From IMG/VR virus record IMGVR_UViG_3300019867_000001, positions 29,244 to 93,243 of that record: a DNA stretch of 64,000 bases; one strand, written 5' to 3'. Source of the DNA: a virus. Lineage: Duplodnaviria; Heunggongvirae; Uroviricota; Caudoviricetes. A program made the translations under genes and the position numbers. The notes below the pieces were generated by a model that was given only the letters and a program-made list of their open reading frames with translations, did no database searches and was not told the origin of the DNA. This document shows, piece by piece, positions 38,740 to 48,483 of the stretch; the stretch's first letter is position 1, and every line of letters begins with the position of its first letter.

Positions 38740-39322
38740 TTATCCTTTATTAAAAAATTCACCATGTAATGCTTTAGCTCTTTCATTATAAGCTTCTCCT
38801 GCTTCTTCAGGAGTATTAAAATAGCCGATATGAATAGATTTATTGTTTATTCTAATTGTTGCTACCCATTTTTTATCTCGTTTATGCCAAGAAACTCCTT
38901 TATAACCAGATGCATTATCTTTTCTAAGTACAGTATTAAAATTTTGTTCTTGTCTTGTGGCTAATCTTAAATTTTCTATTTAAACTATCTCTATCAATGT
39001 GATCTACTTCCATTCCTTCAGGTATAGCTCCATTAAACATTTCCCAAATAATTCTAGCTGCTATAAACGCTATTTTATTATATCTAACTTGCCAAGACTT
39101 ATAGCACTGTTTTGTTATTATTAAATAACCAGCCAAATCACCAATATTAACTCGTGCTGAAGGCTTTATTTTCCAAAATAAATTACCTTTATCGTATTCA
39201 AAAATTTCATAAATTGATATCTTCTTTTTGTTAGTTAATTGCTGCTTGTTTAAGGCACAAGCAGCAAAGCCTATTAAGCGACACCAGCACTTATTGCTAG
39301 TTATATCTAGAATGACTAACAA
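38740..39322 (-). pseudogene. HNH-AP2 homing endonuclease, frameshifted
   Basis: ORF 38936..39322 has the HNH part (MEVDHIDRDSLN). The AP2 part (GYKGVSWHKRDKKWVATIRINNKSIHIGYFNTPEEAGEAYNERAKALHGEF) lies in another frame. There is a small deletion relative to the paralogue at 47991-48020. Confidence 0.45.
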
Positions 39323-39984
39323 GATTTAGCTGGATTGCTTAATCTGTAATCTTTTATGATCTTCTCTGCTTGCATATATAATACCGAATCACCTTCAGTT
39401 AAAACTTTAAGTAACAACTCGAATTCATTCATAAAAACTCTAGCAAATCCAGGATCATACTTAATAACGCTATCCGCATTATTAATTAAATCAGCAAGTT
39501 TAACAGTTTTCGCATCTGCAGGAGCTTGCCTTAAGTATTCTCTTTGAAGCTTTTTACGTTGTGCTCTATTACCCTTAAATGCTTGATCAGTTAACCAAAC
39601 TACAAGATTTGTAATTTCAATACCAAATATTGCTATTAATCCTTCTTTTGTAGTCTGTGTATCCTCGAGTGTATCATGAAGAATAGCTGCGCAAACCATT
39701 TCAACTGTATGTGGTACAGTTTTAACCAATTTAGCAACAGCAATACAATGATTAATGTATGGTTCTTTTGTATATTTTCGAATTTGGTCTTCATGCGCTT
39801 TAATTGCAAAATCTAAAGCTGTTGCTTCTAGATCCTCAATAATCTCCACAGTCCATCCTTTAAATTTGCAGTAGTCTAAAATCTTTCTTAATTTCCAACC
39901 TTTCATGTATTTTATTATTGGTGCTACAGCTCCGCCTTGTATTATACCAGCTATAAAATGTGGGGCAATAATACGCAGCATCAT
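39316..39984 (-). CDS. RelA/SpoT-type HD-domain hydrolase (small alarmone hydrolase-like)
   Basis: ALDFAIKAHEDQIRKYTKEPYINHCIAVAKL...CAAILHDTLEDT matches the RSH hydrolase signature (H...HD...ED). Confidence 0.55.
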   Translation of the reverse strand: MMLRIIAPHFIAGIIQGGAVAPIIKYMKGWKLRKILDYCKFKGWTVEIIEDLEATALDFAIKAHEDQIRKYTKEPYINHCIAVAKLVKTVPHTVEMVCAAILHDTLEDTQTTKEGLIAIFGIEITNLVVWLTDQAFKGNRAQRKKLQREYLRQAPADAKTVKLADLINNADSVIKYDPGFARVFMNEFELLLKVLTEGDSVLYMQAEKIIKDYRLSNPAKSC

Positions 39985-40202
39985 TTTAAAGCCTCTACTC
40001 CCAATACAAATTTATTTATTAAATCTATAGTTCTGCTATCAATATAATCATATAGATGATAATAAGAATATTCAATTATAGTAATAACATCTTTTTCTGT
40101 AATAATATGTAACATTCCATTCTCATACTCAATTACTTTATCACATACTATAATCATAAATGGCATTACTTCATCTGAATGATAAACAGTCACTAGTTTC
40201 AT
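39981..40202 (-). CDS. hypothetical protein
   Basis: 73-aa ORF. Confidence 0.2.
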   Translation of the reverse strand: MKLVTVYHSDEVMPFMIIVCDKVIEYENGMLHIITEKDVITIIEYSYYHLYDYIDSRTIDLINKFVLGVEALK

Positions 40203-40205
40203 TTT

Positions 40206-40445
40206 TCACCAATAAAAAACATGCGGTTTTTTGGCCAATGGAAATAATGGGATCTCTTCCAAGTTTTTTAATTTCAATACTAATTCCAATAAGATTCTCG
40301 TTTTCGCTCTTTGTGGTTTTGTCATCATAAGATGAATCCATTCATGTGGAGCAGAACTCATCCATCTAAATTTACATTGACTACGTTTTTTCTTAGAATG
40401 CTGTAATTTTAGTATTATTTTTAAATCATATAAGATTATTAACAT
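40206..40445 (-). CDS. hypothetical protein
   Basis: 79-aa ORF. Confidence 0.2.
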   Translation of the reverse strand: MLIILYDLKIILKLQHSKKKRSQCKFRWMSSAPHEWIHLMMTKPQRAKTRILLELVLKLKNLEEIPLFPLAKKPHVFYW

Positions 40446-40714
40446 TATTTATACATACTCGATTTATACATTACAGCCTTTATCTCAACATCATCTTCAT
40501 CATCCGAGTTTATAATTTCAAATAAGCCTACTACATCACCTTCATTAATTTTTCTAAATTTAAGATCTTCTTTATTATCATCAATTACCTCGTCTTTTAA
40601 TTCCTTTACACTATTCCCATAATAGTTAAGTGTATTGTCTTCTGCATTTCCGACTTCGTAATCTTCTTTAGTACCATTAAAGGTAACAAAGTATTTACCC
40701 ATAACTTTTGTCAT
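40445..40714 (-). CDS. small highly acidic protein
   Basis: 89 aa, rich in Asp/Glu. Confidence 0.25.
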   Translation of the reverse strand: MTKVMGKYFVTFNGTKEDYEVGNAEDNTLNYYGNSVKELKDEVIDDNKEDLKFRKINEGDVVGLFEIINSDDEDDVEIKAVMYKSSMYK

Positions 40715-40806
40715 AACTATCCTTTATCAATTGATATTATGCGTTTTCAACAGAAGGTTAAATTAAACCTTCATACTCAAGCTATACTATTAACCAACAG
40801 TATTTA

Positions 40807-41088
40807 TCATAATGTAATTTTTAATTCAGCCTTATTCACAATATTTACCAATTCATTTCTATCTAAAAAATGAACAGTCCCGAAATTAATATTTAAAACC
40901 ATTGGTACGCCTTCATTTAGCTTATCACCAATTATTTTACTATTCAATAAGTATTGTGTTGGTCTAACTCTCATATAATACTCATTAGTATTTCCATGAC
41001 GTCTAAATACCTCCATATGAGCGACTTTATATGCTGGTATTTCTTCAGATGCATTGTTAGATGTTTTTGAAACTACAAGAATACTCAT
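40807..41088 (-). CDS. hypothetical protein
   Basis: 93-aa ORF. Confidence 0.25.
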   Translation of the reverse strand: MSILVVSKTSNNASEEIPAYKVAHMEVFRRHGNTNEYYMRVRPTQYLLNSKIIGDKLNEGVPMVLNINFGTVHFLDRNELVNIVNKAELKITL

Positions 41089-41143
41089 ATTTTTCCTATA
41101 AAAAAGCCCAATTGATTTACTTAATCAATCAGGCTTTTATTTC

Positions 41144-41704
41144 TTAAGCGGCTTTTGCTTTTGCAGCTTCTACTGCTGCTTTCTTTGCAGCCCTAGAAGC
41201 TTCCAAGGCTTCCATTGCTTTGGGATTCATGATTCTCTTTTCAATTCCGGCCTCATATGCTGCGAGGATCGCATCTTTATTCTTTGCAATCCAGTTTGCA
41301 GCATTTTCATCTGCAAGCTTTTTCAGCATCGTTAACGTCTCAATAGCTTTTTCTTCTGGTGTAAGACGCTTAACGCTAGGCCATCTAAACGATTCCAATA
41401 CAGCATCTGAGTTATCTTGGATAAATTTTAATTTTGGATCAGTTACAGTCTTTAGATACTCAAGTGATTTTTTAAGTTTACCCCTTTCGCTCTTGGTTAC
41501 ACGGGCTACGACCCCTGCTTCAAAAGCTTTTTCTATTTCATCTTGCTGTTCCAACAAAAATCCTGCAAGGTTAGCATCACCAGCAGCTATACGCTTTAAT
41601 GCTGTTTCGATAAGTGGCTTCCGCAAATAATCTCTTGCTTCCGCTGCAGTTTCAAAAGTCTTACCATCTGGCGTAACGTATGCTTGTCTAAGTTTATTAT
41701 TCAT
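41144..41704 (-). CDS. hypothetical Ala/Lys/Glu-rich helical protein
   Basis: 186 aa. Confidence 0.3.
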   Translation of the reverse strand: MNNKLRQAYVTPDGKTFETAAEARDYLRKPLIETALKRIAAGDANLAGFLLEQQDEIEKAFEAGVVARVTKSERGKLKKSLEYLKTVTDPKLKFIQDNSDAVLESFRWPSVKRLTPEEKAIETLTMLKKLADENAANWIAKNKDAILAAYEAGIEKRIMNPKAMEALEASRAAKKAAVEAAKAKAA

Positions 41705-41853
41705 TTAATATCCCTCTAGTTAGTTACAAAAACCGAATTCAGATAATTCTGCCTGTTCGGGATAATTTAACGGTGTAATTTTAAGAAATCTATATGTGAT
41801 TTTAATATTTTCTTGATATTTTATTTTTGATTTTATATTTAAACTATTAAATT

Positions 41854-42231
41854 TTATTTTGAATCTATCCTAGATGTATTTGCTTTGCTTTCAGCTAATG
41901 TAGACCATTCTAAATTACTAAAATGGTTATTTGTTTTTCTGCCATCCTTATGACTAATTTGTGGCTTATTTTTTGGATTTATAATAAATACTTCACCTAC
42001 TATTCTATGTAAACGAATAGTCTTTGAAATTCCTTTAATATTAACAATGGCTGTTAAATAGCCTTTTGTATCTAATGTTAGTTTTAACTTTCTTCCTCTT
42101 CGTAATGACATTGTTCCATGTCTATTCTCTACATATCTATCAATACTACGTATATTACCTAAATTTGAAACTTCATAATAGCCCTCAATATATGTTTTCC
42201 AAATTTCAAATTGAAACACATTTGATGGCAT
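41854..42231 (-). CDS. HNH homing endonuclease (NUMOD4-like N-terminus)
   Basis: EIWKTYIEGYYEVSNLGNIRS. HNH core ISHKDGRKTNNHFSNLEW. Confidence 0.5.
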   Translation of the reverse strand: MPSNVFQFEIWKTYIEGYYEVSNLGNIRSIDRYVENRHGTMSLRRGRKLKLTLDTKGYLTAIVNIKGISKTIRLHRIVGEVFIINPKNKPQISHKDGRKTNNHFSNLEWSTLAESKANTSRIDSK

Positions 42232-42243
42232 TTTAGATCCTAA

Positions 42244-42459
42244 TTACTTGAGAAGTTCAATCGGCAATACACGTGTTTTGCTGCAAATTACTTCAAATTC
42301 TTTATTAAGATTTATTGACGCATTTATATGCGTTTCGTTTGCTTTTGCCAAATTAAGTTTTGCTTTATTAAATTCATTTTGAGCAGCCTTTAATTCTTTA
42401 GTAACTTGCTCTAAGTACTTTTGCGCCTCTCCTAATGAAAGGCTTTTTTCCTCTTTCAT
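42244..42459 (-). CDS. hypothetical coiled-coil protein
   Basis: 71-aa ORF. Confidence 0.25.
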   Translation of the reverse strand: MKEEKSLSLGEAQKYLEQVTKELKAAQNEFNKAKLNLAKANETHINASINLNKEFEVICSKTRVLPIELLK

Positions 42460-42468
42460 TCTCAGTCC

Positions 42469-43362
42469 TTATATTTTTGCTAATGAGTGTTCTCTCAGCA
42501 CACTAAATCCAGCAGCATGCTTATGCCCTCCACCACCAAATTGTAATGCTATTTTAGAAACATCTACTCCATTTGATCGAGATCTCAAGCTAAAGTATCT
42601 TCGATTTGGTCCATCGGTATATGTAACTGCAAATGGATTATTTTCAGCCATTATATGACCAGCATCACTAGCCATTGTATGTGAAATATTAACTAATGGT
42701 ACTATATACTCAGCAAGCGTAATCTCTCTTTGATTTGATTTAAGTATTTCTCTTATATCTTTATCATTTTTCTTTAATAGTATCTCTCCATATTTTATCA
42801 TTTGATTCATTTTTAATTTATTTGCTATTATTAATTTATCCCATATCTTAAAGTCATACTCAAATATGGCTAGATAAGCAATAATTTCTTTTGTATACGG
42901 TATTTTAAATTGCCATAAATCGCGATCTTGAACATGTTTAAGAATTTTATATGGCTCTTTTTTAGGATTTAAATATTCCCAAGCAAGTATTGCTCCTGAT
43001 TTTTCTAAATGACTAGATTCCATATACAAGCCTTTCAAATCCCATAGATCTTCTAAAGCTGATTTGTGGTGATCTAGCAGTATGACAGAATTAGCAAATT
43101 TGACTATTTCTTGCATAACTTCTCGTTTATATGAGAAATCTGTTAAATATACATCTCTACATGCTATTTCTGGTGGGGATTGGTTATAAAAACCAGGAAA
43201 GTATTCCATATCATCCTGATACTTTTTCCAAAAACACCATGCACTACAAAAACCATCAATACAGTTAGCATGATATATTACAATTGGCTTACTCATAATG
43301 ATATAGCCTTTGCCATGCTTGCATTTTTTCTTTACTTCCCCATGAATTTGGTGGTGCTTCAT
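42469..43362 (-). CDS. DHH-DHHA1 family phosphoesterase (NrnA/nanoRNase-like)
   Basis: DHH motif VILLDHHK. DHHA1 motif GGGGHKHAAGF. Confidence 0.55.
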   Translation of the reverse strand: MKHHQIHGEVKKKCKHGKGYIIMSKPIVIYHANCIDGFCSAWCFWKKYQDDMEYFPGFYNQSPPEIACRDVYLTDFSYKREVMQEIVKFANSVILLDHHKSALEDLWDLKGLYMESSHLEKSGAILAWEYLNPKKEPYKILKHVQDRDLWQFKIPYTKEIIAYLAIFEYDFKIWDKLIIANKLKMNQMIKYGEILLKKNDKDIREILKSNQREITLAEYIVPLVNISHTMASDAGHIMAENNPFAVTYTDGPNRRYFSLRSRSNGVDVSKIALQFGGGGHKHAAGFSVLREHSLAKI

Positions 43363-43576
43363 TATAGAAAAATATTATACAAACTGCAATTACTTTAATG
43401 TTATTTTCATCAGCATATAGGTATGTATTTAAAAGATTATTTGAAATTACGCTTTTTAAAAAATCTCCTGGTAGAATACCACTACTTAGATAGTTTTCAA
43501 TTCCTTGTATAAGGGATCCTGGTATTTTTTGATTTTTATAACTAAAGTTTTCAAGTCTATTTCTTAATGTATTCAC
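43289..43576 (-). CDS. hypothetical protein
   Basis: 95-aa ORF. Confidence 0.25.
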   Translation of the reverse strand: MNTLRNRLENFSYKNQKIPGSLIQGIENYLSSGILPGDFLKSVISNNLLNTYLYADENNIKVIAVCIIFFYNEAPPNSWGSKEKMQAWQRLYHYE

Positions 43577-43584
43577 TTTGGCTC

Positions 43585-43821
43585 CTAATGTTTATAATGT
43601 TCCCTTAATTTTTGAGATACTTCCTTAGCAATGTTATACCATGTAAGTTTTGAAATTATAGCAGTCCCATCATCTTCAGGTTTAGGTGATTTTAAAACTT
43701 CATTTGTATATGTTTCAATTGCTGTTAATATAAATATTTGTGCTAATGCACCATGAGTACTGAAATCCATTAACTCAGTAACAAGACTTGTACTTGATTT
43801 TGATTTCATTTTGGGAGCCAT
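43585..43821 (-). CDS. hypothetical protein
   Basis: 78-aa ORF. Confidence 0.25.
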   Translation of the reverse strand: MAPKMKSKSSTSLVTELMDFSTHGALAQIFILTAIETYTNEVLKSPKPEDDGTAIISKLTWYNIAKEVSQKLREHYKH

Positions 43822-44774
43822 TATTCGAATACTCCGTCTATAATTTTAGCTAAATATGTAGCATCAATTAATTTTAAATCAGTATTTTTCAAAGCTTCTA
43901 TGATTTGATGCATATACGCCTGATCAACACCAATAAGTTGTTCTTGAAGTACTTCTCTATTATTAAGATCTAACTTACTTATTTGAAATGTAATTTTCAA
44001 TAATTGACCAGCAGTAATTCTCCAACCACGCTCTATAAACTTACGTAATCTAAAAATTGAAGCAATAGGGTATAAACTACCGCAATATATTAAAGATTTA
44101 GACGCTAATGCATTGTATACTTCGATTGGTACTTCCAAATGATTTTCTCTATAATCATAGTATGCAGTAGCATGAAGATAATCAAAATTACGATGTATGT
44201 TATGTGGTGTGCCATAAAATCTAGTAATAAATTGAATTTTATCGCTTAATGTAATAGCATTCTGAGACATATAAATAGGTCTATACTTACCTGAATCTTT
44301 AGCTTTTAGATTTGTGATAATTGATTCTGCAAAATTATCTGCTTCTGTTTCACTCATCGCTTCGAAGTAGTGATACGTTTCTTGATCTTCACCGACAATA
44401 CCTGCTGATTGTATATGCACTTCAACACGTTCTTCTTCTTCATTTAAGCTATTCTTCTTAGTTATAAGACGAACTGCTGGATTACATGGCTTTGAAGCTG
44501 AAGTCGGCAATACTCCTTTATGTGTGTTAAAGAAGTTTACATAGTATTCGGCTAACTTTAATGTTGCCTCCTTACTTTTAAAATAAATATCATAGTCTTT
44601 AACATGTTCTCCTAACAGCATTGAGGCAATGCAGCCACCTGTTATAATTATATTATTAGCAATTAATTCTTTTATTTCAGGATTTATGGTGCTAAGCCAA
44701 TCTTCTATTTTTCTTTTTAATAGTAATTTAATTGTGCTTTGCTTCATTCCTGGATGCTTGTATTCTTCTAGCAT
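43821..44774 (-). CDS. Pol-beta-superfamily nucleotidyltransferase
   Basis: hG[GS] ... DhDh signature: IITGGCIASMLLGEHVKDYDIYF. Confidence 0.4.
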   Translation of the reverse strand: MLEEYKHPGMKQSTIKLLLKRKIEDWLSTINPEIKELIANNIIITGGCIASMLLGEHVKDYDIYFKSKEATLKLAEYYVNFFNTHKGVLPTSASKPCNPAVRLITKKNSLNEEEERVEVHIQSAGIVGEDQETYHYFEAMSETEADNFAESIITNLKAKDSGKYRPIYMSQNAITLSDKIQFITRFYGTPHNIHRNFDYLHATAYYDYRENHLEVPIEVYNALASKSLIYCGSLYPIASIFRLRKFIERGWRITAGQLLKITFQISKLDLNNREVLQEQLIGVDQAYMHQIIEALKNTDLKLIDATYLAKIIDGVFE

Positions 44775-45172
44775 TATTTTCTCTCCTTTCGATACTCATT
44801 ATAAGCTTCTATTAGATTTTGTGATATTTCTTGTATTGCATATGCTTCTTCTTCACTAGAGCCTTTACCGCCTATTTCTTCTAGATGTGCTTGCCAAATG
44901 TGTGTTGCTTCATGCACTAGGATTCCATACACTGAAGTTAATTTTCTTTTTAAACTAGCTTTTCCATCAAGACAAACAAATGCAATTCCTTTGCCTTCCA
45001 TTGTAAAATAATTTACTCTTGCAAAATTTGTACTTTTTATAAAATCAGGCCAAATACGTTTATTAATTTTAAATTGTTTTAATTCTTTTTTAAACTGCTT
45101 TTTAGAATAACAAATACCATAATAATATGTACATCTTGAAAGAGTTCTATCTAGCCATTTTATTTTATTCAT
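44774..45172 (-). CDS. putative HExxH zinc metallopeptidase (SprT-like)
   Basis: VHEATHIWQAH. Confidence 0.35.
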   Translation of the reverse strand: MNKIKWLDRTLSRCTYYYGICYSKKQFKKELKQFKINKRIWPDFIKSTNFARVNYFTMEGKGIAFVCLDGKASLKRKLTSVYGILVHEATHIWQAHLEEIGGKGSSEEEAYAIQEISQNLIEAYNEYRKERK

Positions 45173-45413
45173 ATACAGTCATCATTTTAATTAATTTAAA
45201 TACTTCTTTACATTCGATTTCATCTGGTTCATATTCATAAGGTGATTCATCTTGCATTTCAGTAGCGCCTACACGGTATACTGTTTCATAGTATTTATTA
45301 TCAAATTTAAAAATTAAACGAAAAGACACAGCCCACCTATGATGTTCATATATCTCATCTGAAATAATATCATTTGCTGGAATATGAAGTAAGAATTCTT
45401 TTTTAAATTTCAT
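45165..45413 (-). CDS. hypothetical protein
   Basis: 82-aa ORF. Confidence 0.25.
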   Translation of the reverse strand: MKFKKEFLLHIPANDIISDEIYEHHRWAVSFRLIFKFDNKYYETVYRVGATEMQDESPYEYEPDEIECKEVFKLIKMMTVYE

Positions 45414-45616
45414 TTTAATCCTTTAGTTTTAAGAAAATCAAAGTCTTCATTACTTAATGGTGCTAATTCTGATTCTTCTACATATGCTGAAGCAATTACT
45501 GTTATAGCTGTAGGATTCAATGGAAAATCTGGGAGGTTTTCAGTAATAGAATTAAGTATATACTCAATTTCCTCTAAAGTTTCTGCATTTGTTTTACATA
45601 GGATATAATAGCTCAT
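45410..45616 (-). CDS. hypothetical protein
   Basis: 68-aa ORF. Confidence 0.2.
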   Translation of the reverse strand: MSYYILCKTNAETLEEIEYILNSITENLPDFPLNPTAITVIASAYVEESELAPLSNEDFDFLKTKGLK

Positions 45617-45861
45617 TTAGATTCCTTTATACTAATAGTTATAAGACTTCTTTTAATTGCAGTATGAATTTCATCATTTGCACCATCAGTAAAAGAATCT
45701 AATAAAACTTCAAAAGCAAAATCCAGAATGTTTTGCTGAGAATTATCAAACACTACTATTTGATAATAATTTTCATCTGCACTTAAAATTGGGAAGTCTT
45801 CAGTATATAACTTATTATTAAATAATTTAAATCCAGTATCTGATAAGGCTGTATATAACAT
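45613..45861 (-). CDS. hypothetical protein
   Basis: 82-aa ORF. Confidence 0.25.
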   Translation of the reverse strand: MLYTALSDTGFKLFNNKLYTEDFPILSADENYYQIVVFDNSQQNILDFAFEVLLDSFTDGANDEIHTAIKRSLITISIKESK

Positions 45862-46782
45862 TTAAGTATCCATTTTATCTCGAAAGCCAATTGCTCTTGG
45901 CATTCTAGGTTTATGTTTTATTCCATGACCGAAGAAGCGGAATTTTAATATTCTGCCTAAGCAGAAATTCATATTTTTCCAAATCCATAATCTCTCTGTA
46001 TGTAAAAAAGCACCACATCCAATTTCAAGTTCAAGTCCATTATAATCAACTACAAATTTACCAAGTGTACCTGCAAGTACCATTCCAGCTTTAGCAGTGC
46101 TACGTTTAGCTCCACCAAGGTTACTACGTATATCTTCATTTGTATTTGTCTGTTGTTCTATAAATCCTATAATTTTTGCTTCATCATCTTGAAACCGTTT
46201 AAGCTTATAAATAAGACCTTCCTTGAATGTCCCTCGGCCATGCTTATAACGACCAAAAGGGTTTCTCATCATAACGCCCTCATAGCCAAGTTCTAATTGC
46301 TTTTCTTCATACTCAAGTAATTCTTCTTTATTATTACATAATGTATGTTCTACAATTGAAACTTTTGGATTTTTATATTTAGCAATTGCTACATTCGCGA
46401 TTATCAATCTTTCATGAAATACCATATCAGCTACACATTCTTCAGCCCAGTCGAATACACGGAATTTAATATCATCATGTATTTTATTTTCAGACATTAC
46501 ATAAGATTGAGTTCGATTATATACATTAAAGTCTGTTTCATTGCCAACTATAAGCTCACCATCTAATTCGTCACAGTTGCTAAATAACGCTTGAACTTGA
46601 TTAGATGGTAAATCAATATAAGTTCTGCTCTTACATCTTTGTTCCTTAACAATCATCCTAATACCATCGATTTTACTAGAACATAATAAAGGATACTTTA
46701 ACTCATTCCAATAATTTGGATCTTTAAGAGGATCATTATTAGGCGCTAGTATTGGTCGAAATCTATTTAAAAGTTTTTCCAT
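45862..46782 (-). CDS. ATP-dependent DNA ligase
   Basis: Motif I SKIDGIRMI (KxDG). Phage-ligase size (306 aa). Confidence 0.65.
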   Translation of the reverse strand: MEKLLNRFRPILAPNNDPLKDPNYWNELKYPLLCSSKIDGIRMIVKEQRCKSRTYIDLPSNQVQALFSNCDELDGELIVGNETDFNVYNRTQSYVMSENKIHDDIKFRVFDWAEECVADMVFHERLIIANVAIAKYKNPKVSIVEHTLCNNKEELLEYEEKQLELGYEGVMMRNPFGRYKHGRGTFKEGLIYKLKRFQDDEAKIIGFIEQQTNTNEDIRSNLGGAKRSTAKAGMVLAGTLGKFVVDYNGLELEIGCGAFLHTERLWIWKNMNFCLGRILKFRFFGHGIKHKPRMPRAIGFRDKMDT

Positions 46783-47251
46783 TTAAAACACGACCTATAG
46801 AAGTATGATCAACATTATAAAATCTACCAATATCTCTTTGTGAAAAACCATATTTATATAATTGAAAAATTTCTGATTGTTTTAATTTAGCTAAAACTGC
46901 ATTTTCACCAATATTTGTAATACAATTATTTATATGCGCATGTACAATACTTTCTTTATGCGTCATCCATTCTAAATTATCAACAAAATTATTAGTTTTT
47001 ATAGTATCTTTATGATTTACTTCTGGATTTTTAATAAATGCTTCTGCAACAAGTCTATTAATTCTCTTAGTTTTTCGATCGCCATCTTTACATAATACCA
47101 CAAAATAGTATCCTGATTTTCTACCAAGTGTTTGCTTTAATATTATTTCTTTAATACTAGTATTTGAATTTAAACTTTTTACACGACCAAAATTACTAAT
47201 TTCATAAACTCCTTCATAATCTTGAATTGGTTTCCAAATTTCCTCCTGCAT
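46763..47251 (-). CDS. HNH homing endonuclease (NUMOD4-like), overlapping ligase gene start
   Basis: EEIWKPIQDYEGVYEISNFGRVKS. HNH core VNHKDTIKTNNFVDNLEW. C-terminal HTH-like. Confidence 0.55.
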   Translation of the reverse strand: MQEEIWKPIQDYEGVYEISNFGRVKSLNSNTSIKEIILKQTLGRKSGYYFVVLCKDGDRKTKRINRLVAEAFIKNPEVNHKDTIKTNNFVDNLEWMTHKESIVHAHINNCITNIGENAVLAKLKQSEIFQLYKYGFSQRDIGRFYNVDHTSIGRVLNGKTFK

Positions 47252-47431
47252 TATTTTTTCCTTAATAATTCTAATGTTAATATCACAATAATAGCCTCTA
47301 TTGCAGCTTTATCATTATGATCCAATTTATCTGAAAGATTTAATATTAATCCTCTAGAAGTTTTTAATGCTTATAAGATACTTGTTTTAGCTCAATATAC
47401 GCTTTATCTCTAACTCTTTCTATAATTAGAT

Positions 47432-47722
47432 TTACCATTCTACTTTCTCAAATATTTTTTCAAATCTAATAGGATCATATATTTCTATATTATGTTTTTG
47501 ATTTTCTACGATCCAATCACCTGTAAGTATAATACTACCGCCATTTTGTCCTAAAATTAAACCTATATCTTCTTTTTCAGCACTATAATTATCAAAATCA
47601 TTTTGTAAACATTCTGATAAGTTGTCATAAATTTCATCTGTAACTTTTATAACTGCAGGATGATCACCATGTTTAAACCATTGTGTTGCTTCTATAAGTT
47701 CTACTTTTGTTTTATATTTCAC
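47432..47722 (-). CDS. hypothetical protein
   Basis: 96-aa ORF. Confidence 0.25.
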   Translation of the reverse strand: MKYKTKVELIEATQWFKHGDHPAVIKVTDEIYDNLSECLQNDFDNYSAEKEDIGLILGQNGGSIILTGDWIVENQKHNIEIYDPIRFEKIFEKVEW

Positions 47723-47759
47723 GTTTAAATTCTCCTTTTAAATTTAATAGGATTATATA

Positions 47760-48323
47760 TTATTCTCTATAAAATTCTCCATGTGCTTCTTTTGCAATTA
47801 TATTATATGCATTGCTAGCTTCTTCAGGAGTATCAAAATTACCAAGATGTATAGTTTTATTATTTATATCAATTTGTGCTCGCCATCTTTTTGCTTGTTT
47901 ATCCCAATAAATTCCTTTATAACCAGATGTATTATTTTTATGAAGCGTAGAATTAAACTTTTGCTGCTGTCTTGTAGCTAACCTTAAATTTTCTATTTTA
48001 TTATTTAAACTGTCTCCATCAATGTGATCTATCTCCATCTCTTCAGGTATAGTTCCAAAATGTATTTCCCAAATGAGTCTAGATGCTATAAAATTAATTT
48101 TATTATAACGAATTTGCCAGCTGCAATAACCATTTGAATTTTTACTAATATTACCTGCTAAATCACCAATATTAACATTATATGCAGGTTTGATTTTCCA
48201 ATACAACCAACCTTCTAAATACTTAAAAATATTATTCCAATTATATTTCCATATTTTTTTATTAATTAGGCTAGTGTTCACTATTATTCCAATTAGCATT
48301 AATGAATGAATCCATACTTTCAT
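47760..48323 (-). CDS. HNH-AP2 homing endonuclease (intact)
   Basis: MEIDHIDGDSLNNKIENLRLATRQQQ + GYKGIYWDKQAKRWRAQIDINNKTIHLGNFDTPEEASNAYN. Confidence 0.65.
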   Translation of the reverse strand: MKVWIHSLMLIGIIVNTSLINKKIWKYNWNNIFKYLEGWLYWKIKPAYNVNIGDLAGNISKNSNGYCSWQIRYNKINFIASRLIWEIHFGTIPEEMEIDHIDGDSLNNKIENLRLATRQQQKFNSTLHKNNTSGYKGIYWDKQAKRWRAQIDINNKTIHLGNFDTPEEASNAYNIIAKEAHGEFYRE

Positions 48324-48471
48324 CAGGTTCTTCTAAAAAATTAAATGCTATTTCTAAATCATTTATTAAACTTAAAGCATTTTCAACTTCTAAAAGATCA
48401 GAATTATTATTAATTACTTTTAATAAATATACATATGATTTTCTAATTACTTCTAATTGCTCCGTATTCAT
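48271..48471 (-). CDS. hypothetical protein
   Basis: 66-aa ORF. Confidence 0.2.
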   Translation of the reverse strand: MNTEQLEVIRKSYVYLLKVINNNSDLLEVENALSLINDLEIAFNFLEEPDESMDSFINANWNNSEH

Positions 48472-48483
48472 TTTTTACCTCCA

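Noticed and set aside
39316-39984. HD protein as DatZ (dATP triphosphohydrolase of Z-genome phages)
   Set aside because: Motif spacing and flanking residues (…PYINHCIAVA…AAILHDTLEDT) match the RelA/SpoT hydrolase family much better than a generic HD dNTPase. It is called an alarmone hydrolase instead, which weakens but does not exclude the Z-genome hypothesis.
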